Source: Dehalococcoidia bacterium (lineage in GTDB: Bacteria > Chloroflexota > Dehalococcoidia > UBA2979). Taken from it: DNA of 64,000 nucleotides. The notes under the pieces are model-generated. The model searched no databases, was not told the origin of the DNA, and saw only the letters and a program-made list of their open reading frames with translations. How positions within the stretch are numbered: the stretch's first letter is position 1; each line of letters starts with the position of its first letter. Position numbers and translations under genes: made by a program. The stretch covers positions 1,728,001 through 1,792,000 of the forward strand of contig OZ244720.1 of assembly GCA_965219085.1 (NCBI GenBank), written 5' to 3'. Shown in pieces: positions 30,293 through 37,748 of the stretch.

Positions 30293-30347
30293 CTACGCGA
30301 TATTGGTATGTCCCTACGCGTAATGGGACTTGCGCTACGCGTGATGG
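30293..30347 (+). promoter_or_regulatory. Three direct CTACGCG boxes at a 21-bp period upstream of the DGQHR gene
   Basis: CTACGCG starts at 30293, 30314 and 30335, followed by ATATTGG, TAATGG and TGATGG respectively. Confidence 0.6.
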
Positions 30348-30402
30348 TCGCCTACCCTCGCCAGCATCCCGCTCGTGATCGAGCAACCGTCTGGAGGTAG
30401 GA

Positions 30403-31566
30403 ATGCGACTCGAACTCCCGGGAATCGGATATCAGCAGGGCAACAGGCAGATGGTAGTGACCGCCCTGAATCCGGTCGCGCTGGTGAAGACCGTGACTAG
30501 TCCCGACCGGTGGAACCCACTCGGCAAGCAGCCGCACGGCAATCGCCCCCAGGACAAGGGTCACCGCGAGGGTATCGCCCAGTATCTCGAGGAGGAGGAG
30601 AACTTCGTCCTTGGCGCTGTGGTCTTGTACGCCTCGCCACGTGATGCGGCGTTCGAGCCGAATGAGGTTGGCGCGAACGGCCCGGTGCAGGCGGGGACCC
30701 TCAAGCTGGAGTTCGGGGCTGAGTTCGATGTCGGAGACGGCCAGCACCGGATTGGTGCTTACAGCGACGTGATGGCCCGTCATGACGAGGACGGTGACCC
30801 GGTCCTTGAACGGCTCCGCGCGTCTGGGCAGCCCGCGGTCGTCGTCATCGACGATGAGCCCCTGCACCGCGCCCAGGACTTCACCGACCTCCAGCGCAAC
30901 GCGAAGCCGCCCTCGAACTCGATCGCGCTGAGCATGGACCGGCGCCAGTCAGTGAACCGGATGCTCATCGACCTCGTGCAGGACTCGTCGCTGTCGGTCT
31001 TCGACGGAGGCGACCGCGTGGAGTTCTTGAAGGACTCCCCTGGAAAGCTCTCCGCGAAGCTCTTCTCCTTCAGCACGATCCGCTACATGAGCGGCACGGC
31101 CCTGGTTGGCACCGGCCAGCGGAGCACGCGCGGGTGGGACAAGGCCGTCAACGCGCTCATCGACGAGCGCCCCGACGAGTCGCGCGCTGCGCTGCGCGAC
31201 TTCTGGCAGGCGTTCGGCGCGCTCCCACCGATCGCGGCGATCATCGAGGGCGAATTGACCCCGGCGAAGCTCCGCGAGGAGACGCTCCTCGGCGCTGCGG
31301 GCGTGCTCTACGCGCTCGCTTCCGCCGCGTATGCGGCCTCCGAGGACGGGATGGGCCTCGGCGAGGCGGTCACAGCGTTGCAGGGCGTCAGCTTTGCCCG
31401 CCCCGCGCCGCCGCCGGAGGACGCCACGCTGACCCTCGCGGACAGCATCTTCGCCGGAACGTTGATCGACTCCGAGACGGCGAAGGTCGGGTCGGGACGC
31501 CCGGCGTGGGAGGCGGCCGCCGAGCATCTACGAGGGGCTATTGTGGGCGTGCGGGCGGCGGCATAG
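30403..31566 (+). CDS. DGQHR-domain (DndB-like) protein
   Basis: GNRPQDKGH..IAQYL, DVGDGQHR and QDFTDLQRNAKP motifs; GGAGG SD. Confidence 0.85.
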   Translation: MRLELPGIGYQQGNRQMVVTALNPVALVKTVTSPDRWNPLGKQPHGNRPQDKGHREGIAQYLEEEENFVLGAVVLYASPRDAAFEPNEVGANGPVQAGTLKLEFGAEFDVGDGQHRIGAYSDVMARHDEDGDPVLERLRASGQPAVVVIDDEPLHRAQDFTDLQRNAKPPSNSIALSMDRRQSVNRMLIDLVQDSSLSVFDGGDRVEFLKDSPGKLSAKLFSFSTIRYMSGTALVGTGQRSTRGWDKAVNALIDERPDESRAALRDFWQAFGALPPIAAIIEGELTPAKLREETLLGAAGVLYALASAAYAASEDGMGLGEAVTALQGVSFARPAPPPEDATLTLADSIFAGTLIDSETAKVGSGRPAWEAAAEHLRGAIVGVRAAA

Positions 31567-31586
31567 CCGCCCGCGCCCCGGCCCAT

Positions 31587-31934
31587 ATGGCTCTCTACGA
31601 CGTCGAGGCGGAGACGGCCGCGCGCGTGCTGGCACGGGACAACCACGCGTGCAGTATGTGCGGCCTCCAGCCTGGCGATCCCGACCCGCATGATCCGCGC
31701 ACGCCTGTGCGCCTCGTGATCCAGCCCGTCCTCGACCGGCCGTTGCGCCCCGAGGACGGGCCTGACGATCTCCGCGCTGTCTGCAACGTGTGCGCGGAGG
31801 GTCTGGCGGGCTTCGATCGCCCTCCGCCGACCCCGGTCGCGGACCTCCTGCGCGATCTCCGCCGAGCGACCGTGGCCGACCAACGCAGGGCGCTCGAGTG
31901 GCTACAACGCAAGTTTGCGCGGGAGCGAGCGTGA
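31587..31934 (+). CDS. HNH-like Zn-binding protein with degenerate catalytic residues
   Basis: RVLARDNHACSMCG...RLVIQP...DDLRAVCNVCAEGL: both CxxC pairs are kept, but the His/Asn positions are not. Confidence 0.65.
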   Translation: MALYDVEAETAARVLARDNHACSMCGLQPGDPDPHDPRTPVRLVIQPVLDRPLRPEDGPDDLRAVCNVCAEGLAGFDRPPPTPVADLLRDLRRATVADQRRALEWLQRKFARERA

Positions 31935-32776
31935 TGCCCCGGCTCGGCACGACCAACGCCAATGCCGAGCTCGCCGTGCGTCTCTACAGCGAACTGCTTG
32001 AGGAGCGTGGCTGGCAACTCGATCGCGCCTGGCTTGCGATCGCAGCGTTGTTGATGACGTGCGAGATCTGGGACGACGGCAAGTGGCGCAGCTTTCATGA
32101 CGCACCCGTGCTTCGGGAATCGAACGAGTATCGCCACACGAAGCGCGGAGCGCCCAGCAAGGCCCTGACCGACGCCGTCCGCGTCAAGGAACGGCTCGCC
32201 GCCGAACTCGCGATTCCGAAGCGAGAACTCTGCCCCACGCTCGGCCAGTTCTTCCGCCGCCCGGAGATCGCCCGTCTCCAGCCGAACAACCCGCGCGGAC
32301 ACGCATTCCGCTCGCTCGTCGCCGAGACGGTCGCGCGGTTCGGCGATCCCGCGCTCGACGTGATCGAGGCGGTCTCGCCGCGCGACCTCTTTCCCGGCTT
32401 CGACCCGCGTGTCCACGGCCGGGACACGCGCATCGACATCGTCGTGCGGCGCGGCGACCGCCCCGTCGCGCTCATCACCACACACTGGACGTACCGCCAC
32501 ACGCGCGTGGGGATGCTCCGCGACGGGGAGGCGTACACGCCCGCGGCTCGGCAACTGAACAACAATTGCCGGTTCTTCGGAGTGACAGCCGAATTCGCGA
32601 CCGCGCGGCTGAAGAAAGTGATCAGCGAGACATCGCCGATGCGCCGGAACGCCACCATCGACCGGCTCGTACACCTCAACCCCGAGTTACCGGGCGCGCT
32701 CCTCGGACGCAGCGATGGGCTGCGCGAGATGTGGTCGCTTGAGCAGATGGTCCGGGACTCGTACAACTGGCGCTGA
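31934..32776 (+). CDS. Putative PD-(D/E)xK restriction-endonuclease-like protein
   Basis: TGATG overlap with the HNH gene; RIDIVV...VALITTHWTYRHTR and VTAEF..ARL resemble type II REase cores. Confidence 0.5.
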   Translation: MPRLGTTNANAELAVRLYSELLEERGWQLDRAWLAIAALLMTCEIWDDGKWRSFHDAPVLRESNEYRHTKRGAPSKALTDAVRVKERLAAELAIPKRELCPTLGQFFRRPEIARLQPNNPRGHAFRSLVAETVARFGDPALDVIEAVSPRDLFPGFDPRVHGRDTRIDIVVRRGDRPVALITTHWTYRHTRVGMLRDGEAYTPAARQLNNNCRFFGVTAEFATARLKKVISETSPMRRNATIDRLVHLNPELPGALLGRSDGLREMWSLEQMVRDSYNWR

Positions 32777-32782
32777 GGTAGC

Positions 32783-32876
32783 GTGACCACAATCCTCCAG
32801 ACCTTCGAAGCCCTCCACCCCACCTCCCGCACCCTCCACCAACGCGCCCGCCGCCCGCGCCTTCTGGCCCTGGCCC
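32783..32876 (+). pseudogene. 5' fragment of a diverged copy of the aminotransferase gene at 33918
   Basis: MTTILQTFEALHPTS.TLH.RARR matches 33918-34040, with an internal deletion of about 29 nt. Confidence 0.9.
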
Positions 32877-33062
32877 CGATCTGCGTGATCAGCCCCATGG
32901 CCGCCACGAAGTCGGCGGGCTGCACCTCGCGCACGATCTCATCGCGCTCGCGGCTTACCCGTCGAGGCCAGCGAGCGCCTCCTCGATCGCGGGCGTCGTT
33001 GAGCTTGTTCGCCGGCGTGTCGGCCCCCGCTCGGCGCGGTGTGGGGGGAGCGTAGGAGGGTG
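32876..33062 (-). pseudogene. Degenerate duplicate of the phhB 5' half and its upstream region
   Basis: Near-identical to 30057-30244 (GATCTGCGTGATCAGCCC...GTAGGAGGGTG), with indels and ATG changed to ACG. Confidence 0.9.
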
Positions 33063-33153
33063 TCGGCGAGGGGTGCAGGGGCGTGCCCCGACCCGCCGGG
33101 GGCGGCAGGTCCGCGTGCTACCATCGCCGCGCGAGGACTGAAGGGCAGTAATC

Positions 33154-33462
33154 GTGACCGGCACGGCAGAGCAGGGCTCCAACGGCGAGACCTCCGATCC
33201 CTCGCTCGACGTCGAACGCTGGAGGATGGTCAAGGCCGACCGCGATGCGGCCTGGGAGTACGTGAAGACGTGCCGCGACGAACTCGTCGACAGCTACCCC
33301 GGCGAGGAGATCGCGCTGCACCGCGACCGCATCGTTGCACACGCCGCCGATTCCGCTGACTTTGAACGCCTGGTGGAGGAATACGTGGCGGCATCGGGCG
33401 CGGATCGAAGCAGCCTGCACTTCGAGTACCTCGATCCCGATCCACCGTTCTTCGCGGGCTAG
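33154..33462 (+). CDS. DUF5678-like small protein
   Basis: ELVDSYPGEEIALHRDRIVAHA pattern. Confidence 0.55.
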   Translation: MTGTAEQGSNGETSDPSLDVERWRMVKADRDAAWEYVKTCRDELVDSYPGEEIALHRDRIVAHAADSADFERLVEEYVAASGADRSSLHFEYLDPDPPFFAG

Positions 33463-33889
33463 ACTCCCGCAGGCGCCGACCATCTTTGGGTTCCGCGACG
33501 CCGCAGGCCGCCCGCGTGTTCGTGCGCGAGTGAGGCTGCCCGGCTTCCGCGAAGAGGCGGCCATCGACTTCGTCGTCGACACTGGCGCCGACCGGACACT
33601 CATCCATGGGCGTGACCGTTCGCGGTTCGGTACCGAGCGCGTCCGCACGGGGTCGGGCCTCACTCCCCGCGCGCGCGTATCCGGGATCAGCGGCACTTCC
33701 CTCGCGTATGCGGTCGAGGAGGCCGAGTATGTCTTCGAGGAGGCGGATGGCGCGCTCTGGGCGCTCCCAGGTCGTGCGCATATTGCCCTGGACCCCGCCG
33801 CACGAGGAGTGCCTTCGCTGCTCGGCCGCGATCTGCTGGACCTGATGTTGTTCTGTATCTCCGATCGCGAGATCACGCTGGACTGGTAA
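33335..33889 (+). CDS. Retropepsin-like aspartyl protease (start uncertain; folded region from about 33465)
   Basis: IDFVVDTGADRTLI catalytic motif and SLLGRDLL. Confidence 0.75.
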   Translation: MHTPPIPLTLNAWWRNTWRHRARIEAACTSSTSIPIHRSSRARLPQAPTIFGFRDAAGRPRVRARVRLPGFREEAAIDFVVDTGADRTLIHGRDRSRFGTERVRTGSGLTPRARVSGISGTSLAYAVEEAEYVFEEADGALWALPGRAHIALDPAARGVPSLLGRDLLDLMLFCISDREITLDW

Positions 33890-33917
33890 CGACCGACCGG
33901 AGGGAGCGAGGGCTACA

Positions 33918-35267
33918 GTGACGACGATTCTCCAGACCTTCGAGGCCCTCCACCCCACCTCCCACACCCTCCACGAACGCGCGCGCCGCGTCTTCCCCTC
34001 CGGCGTCACCCACGACATTCGCGCCTTCTGGCCCTGGCCCGTCTACGTCGAGCGCGCCGAGGGGGCGCGCAAGTGGGACGTCGACGGGAACGAGTACGTC
34101 GACTACATCGGCGGGCACGGGGCGCTGCTGCTGGGGCACAACCGGCCCGAGGTGATCGAGGCCGTGCAGGGGGCGCTCGCGCTCGGCTCGCACTTCGGCT
34201 CCTCGCACGAGCTCGAGGTCGAGTGGGGCGAGCAGGTGCTGCGCATGGTGCCGTGCGGCGAACGCGTGCGCTTCACCTCCTCGGGCACCGAGGCGACGAT
34301 GATGGCGCTGCGGCTGGCGCGCGCCTTCACCGGCCGCCACCGCGTCGTGAAACTGCAGGAGCACTTCCACGGCTGGCACGACCTCGCCGTCGGCCACCCC
34401 GGCGTCGACGAGGCCCGGCCCGAGTCGGTCGGCGTCCCGCCGGGGTTCTACGAGGACCTGACGATCGTGCCGGCGGGCGATGTCGACGCGCTCGAGGAGG
34501 CGCTGGCGCCCCGCGACGTGGCGGCGGTGATCTTCGAGCCGACGGGCGCGCACTGGGGCACGCACCCCCTCGCCCCCTCGTACCTCTCCGCGGCGCGCGA
34601 GGCGACGAGCGCGGCCGGCACGGCGCTGATCTTCGACGAGGTGATCACGGGGTTCCGGATGGCGCCGGGCGGCGCCTCGGAGCGCTACGGCGTGACGCCG
34701 GACCTCTCGACCCACGCCAAGATCCTCGCCGGCGGCCTGCCGGGCGGGTGCGTGACCGGCCGCACCGAGTTCATCGAGATGATCGAGATGCGCGAGGACG
34801 ACGCGGCGTGGAACGCGCGCCGCCGCGTGTCGCACCAGGGCACGTACAACGCGCAGCCGCCCGCGGCCGCGGCGGGCATCGCCGCGCTCCGCATCATCGA
34901 GGCCGGCGGGGAGGTCGAGCGCGCCGACGCCACAACGGCCGAGCTGGTGCGCGGGCTGAACGCGCTGTTCGAGCAGCGCTCGGCGCCGGGTTCGGCGTGG
35001 GGTGTCTCGTCGATGTGGCACCTCAACCTCGGCTCCGGCGCGCCCCGTCCGTCCGACGTGGAGTGGGACGCAGCCGAGGAGCCGCGCGGCGTGGACGCCA
35101 CGCTCGTGCTACCGCTCAAGCAGGCACTGCTCAACCACGGCGTCGACCTGATGGGGACGGGTGGGATGGTCTCGTCGGCGCACGGCAGCGCCGAGGTCGC
35201 CGGCACCATCGAGGCGTTCGCCGCGGCGATCGATGACCTGCGGTCCGAGGGTCTGCTGGACCAGTAG
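33918..35267 (+). CDS. Class III PLP aminotransferase (GSA-aminomutase-like)
   Basis: WDVDGNEYVDY, FTSSGTEA, LIFDEVITGFR, AKILAGGLP and GTYN motifs. Confidence 0.93.
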   Translation: MTTILQTFEALHPTSHTLHERARRVFPSGVTHDIRAFWPWPVYVERAEGARKWDVDGNEYVDYIGGHGALLLGHNRPEVIEAVQGALALGSHFGSSHELEVEWGEQVLRMVPCGERVRFTSSGTEATMMALRLARAFTGRHRVVKLQEHFHGWHDLAVGHPGVDEARPESVGVPPGFYEDLTIVPAGDVDALEEALAPRDVAAVIFEPTGAHWGTHPLAPSYLSAAREATSAAGTALIFDEVITGFRMAPGGASERYGVTPDLSTHAKILAGGLPGGCVTGRTEFIEMIEMREDDAAWNARRRVSHQGTYNAQPPAAAAGIAALRIIEAGGEVERADATTAELVRGLNALFEQRSAPGSAWGVSSMWHLNLGSGAPRPSDVEWDAAEEPRGVDATLVLPLKQALLNHGVDLMGTGGMVSSAHGSAEVAGTIEAFAAAIDDLRSEGLLDQ

Positions 35268-35322
35268 CGCACGCTCGCGCCCCGTCGCGACGATGCCGGT
35301 GTCTCCCGGACGCACTCACACG

Positions 35323-35343
35323 TTATCCACAACGTGTGGACAC
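35323..35343. promoter_or_regulatory. Perfect DnaA box plus an inverted degenerate box
   Basis: TTATCCACA at 35323-35331; TGTGGACAC at 35335-35343 (two mismatches, opposite strand). Confidence 0.5.
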
Positions 35344-35451
35344 TAAGTACCCGGACGCGTAGAACTCCACACCGTTGCGCGTTCTGCAGGGTTCGCGCCG
35401 GTAGTCTCGGCCGCGCGCTCCGCCGACACGCGCTCGGGCCGTCAGGATCGA

Positions 35452-36240
35452 ATGGTTGCTTCCCAGGTCTGGAGGCCGGGTCACCCCGGCCAACTCGTCC
35501 TCGCCGTCATTGCGTTCCTCGTTGCCGTGGCTGCGGTGTGGCATGGCACGCTGTCCCCGGTCGAGCCGCGCTCGGTCACCCGGTCCGAGGATGCGGGTGC
35601 GCAAAACTCGCTTGAGGCGGTGCGGTCGTTGATGATTCGCACCCCCGGCAGGGGCGCGCTCCCGCGTGCATCCCGCCTGACTCCCGCGGCGGAACCAGTG
35701 GCGGTACGAGCCGCCGCCGCCACACCACAGGTGTTCGGTCCGGCCGCAGACCCATCGTCGCAGACGGCGGTCACCGCGGCCGACGTGCGAACCGTCGCGC
35801 TTCCGAAGCCGCTCGCGCCTCCGCTCTTCGAAGCGAGGTCGGCGAGCGGTGCAGCCGCTGAGTCGCCGGGCCGCGAGAGCCTCGCGACGGCCGTGCATTC
35901 GACGGCGACTCCCGAACTGGGCCCCGGCGACCGCGTGGTCGCGACCGTGAGCTTCTACTACTGTGCCTCGGGCTCGGGTCCGTCGGGCGACGGCGGGTCG
36001 TGGTGTGGGGTCATGCGCGACGGCAAGGTCGTCTATCCGGGCGCCGCGGCGTGCGACTATGCCTATATCGGGCAGCAGTTCCGCATCGAGGGCGACCCGT
36101 CGGGCCGCGTGTACACCTGCAACGACACGGGGGGCGCGGTGCATGGGTTGCACCGCGACATCTGGTTCCGGACGAACGACGAGGGCTGGCGCTGGCAGCG
36201 AGAAATAGGGCGGCGTGTTGTCATCGAGATCGTGAACTAG
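35452..36240 (+). CDS. Membrane-anchored 3D-domain (peptidoglycan-acting) protein
   Basis: N-terminal TM helix; C-terminal GAAACD...G..F.I...Y.CNDTGGAV...RDIWF with three Asp. Confidence 0.65.
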   Translation: MVASQVWRPGHPGQLVLAVIAFLVAVAAVWHGTLSPVEPRSVTRSEDAGAQNSLEAVRSLMIRTPGRGALPRASRLTPAAEPVAVRAAAATPQVFGPAADPSSQTAVTAADVRTVALPKPLAPPLFEARSASGAAAESPGRESLATAVHSTATPELGPGDRVVATVSFYYCASGSGPSGDGGSWCGVMRDGKVVYPGAAACDYAYIGQQFRIEGDPSGRVYTCNDTGGAVHGLHRDIWFRTNDEGWRWQREIGRRVVIEIVN

Positions 36241-36379
36241 CAGGTTTCGTCGCTGCTTGTGCTTGTGCGCACAGGGGCAAACTCGTTAATCTGATTACAT
36301 CGCATGCCCACAGCACGCGTCGATGCGAAGGCACGACGCGCTCGGCCGCTCCCACCGCGACGAAAGGGCGGCTCCAGCG

Positions 36380-37144
36380 ATGCGGAACGATCCGCAAGCG
36401 CCACTACCACGTGCGGAGGTCGGGAAGCGGTTGCGTGAGATTCGCCGCGAGAGTGGTCTCACACAGTCACAGCTTTCGCGAGCAGCCAGGATCGGACAGG
36501 CCTCACTCTCAAACTACGAGCACGGTAAACGCGACCTGCCCCTGGCGACCGTTGTGCGTTTGACCGGCGCGCTGGGAATCTCAATCAGCGACCTGTTGGA
36601 AGTGCCCGGGATCATGGTCATTCGCGATGCCGGGATGGGTCGGGCCGTGCGTGTGCTCGCCCAGTCGCCGGAGTTACTCGACTCGATCGTTGAGCCGGTG
36701 CAGGACACTGACGCGGAAGAGCAGGACGCTGACGCGGAAGAGCAGGACGCTGCTACGGAAGAGCAGGACGCTGCTACGGAAGAGCAGGACGCTGCTACGG
36801 AAGAGCAGGACGCTGCTACGGAAGAGCAGGACGCTGCTACGGAAGAGCAGGACGCTGCTACGGAAGAGCAGGACGCTGCTACGGAAGAGCAGGACGCTGC
36901 TACGGAAGAGCAGGACGCTGCTACGGAAGAGCAGGACGCTGCTACGGAAGAGCAGGACGCTGCTACGGAAGAGCAGGACGCTGCTACGGAAGAGCAGGAC
37001 GCTGCTACGGAAGAGCAGGACGCTGCTACGGAAGAGCAGGACGCTGCTACGGAAGAGCAGGACGCTGCTACGGAAGAGCAGGACGCTGGTACGGAAGAGC
37101 AGGACGCTGGTACGCAAGAGCAGGACGCCGGTACGCAAGAGTAA
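36380..37144 (+). CDS. XRE-family HTH regulator with an acidic (QDAATEE)x21 tail
   Basis: GKRLREIRRESGLTQSQLS...LSNYEHGKR, followed by the tandem repeat. The ORF is open from 36323. Confidence 0.85.
   Translation: MRNDPQAPLPRAEVGKRLREIRRESGLTQSQLSRAARIGQASLSNYEHGKRDLPLATVVRLTGALGISISDLLEVPGIMVIRDAGMGRAVRVLAQSPELLDSIVEPVQDTDAEEQDADAEEQDAATEEQDAATEEQDAATEEQDAATEEQDAATEEQDAATEEQDAATEEQDAATEEQDAATEEQDAATEEQDAATEEQDAATEEQDAATEEQDAATEEQDAATEEQDAATEEQDAGTEEQDAGTQEQDAGTQE
36700..37140 (+). repeat. 21-bp VNTR, 21 copies (16 identical)
   Basis: Unit GCAGGACGCTGCTACGGAAGA; two variant units at the 5' end and three at the 3' end. Confidence 0.97.
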
Positions 37145-37199
37145 GTGCGGGCAATCATCGCTGGGTTGCGATGCGCGCAACGAAGGGGCAAACAAAACC

Positions 37200-37538
37200 A
37201 TGGGGGAGTCTCAGACCATGAGCCGCCGTATTGAGGTTGGGCGGCGGCTGCGCGCGGAGCGCCACCGGCGCGGCCTCTCGCAGTCCAAGGTCTCACGGTC
37301 AGCGGGCATCACGCAGGCGTCCCTCTCGAACTACGAGACGGGTAAGCGCGAGCTCCCCCTGTCCACCGTCCTGAATCTGGCCGCCGCGCTCGACGTGTCC
37401 CTCGGCGACCTGATGGAAATCCCCGATGTCATCGTGCTGCGCGACTCCCGGCTCGCCGACGCGGTGCGGGCGCTCACCGACTCGCCGGAGTTGCTGGAGT
37501 CGGTGATCAGCAGCGAGGCCGTCGGCGCGGCCTCGTAG
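37200..37538 (+). CDS. XRE-family HTH regulator, paralog of the upstream gene without the tail
   Basis: EVGRRLRAERHRRGLSQ...QASLSNYETGKRELPL...SPELLESV. Confidence 0.88.
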   Translation: MGESQTMSRRIEVGRRLRAERHRRGLSQSKVSRSAGITQASLSNYETGKRELPLSTVLNLAAALDVSLGDLMEIPDVIVLRDSRLADAVRALTDSPELLESVISSEAVGAAS

Positions 37539-37748
37539 CGACTCTCCCGACCCAGGACCCATGAGCGACTGAGTCCGAGCCGCCACTGGGCGGCGTGGCG
37601 GACCACGTTCGCCGCGCACCCGTATACTATCTGCGTCCCGGCGGGTCCCGAACGGATCGATCGCTGCCGCGGCTGACGCCCGTGGCAGGTTGGAGCCGCA
37701 GCGCGACCTCGCCGCCGTGGCCGTCGCATGTGAAGCAAGGAGGCGGCA

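Noticed and set aside
30403-31566. Complete Dnd phosphorothioation system
   Set aside because: No dndA/C/D/E, ssp or dpd genes are in the window.
35323-35343. Replication origin (oriC)
   Set aside because: Only one perfect DnaA box, no AT-rich unwinding element, and no dnaA/dnaN adjacent; recF is about 10 kb away on its own.
36268-36345. c-di-GMP-I riboswitch (GCACAGGGGCAAAC resembles its 5' end)
   Set aside because: The GAAA tetraloop stem and downstream GACGCAAAG element are absent.
36700-37140. CRISPR array
   Set aside because: Units are head-to-tail with no unique spacers, lie in frame within a CDS, and no cas genes are present.
36627-37538. 303-aa ORF with (RKSRTLL)n fused to the second XRE as the real gene
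   Set aside because: Its start lies inside the first XRE gene without an SD; the second XRE has its own ATG at 37200/37218.
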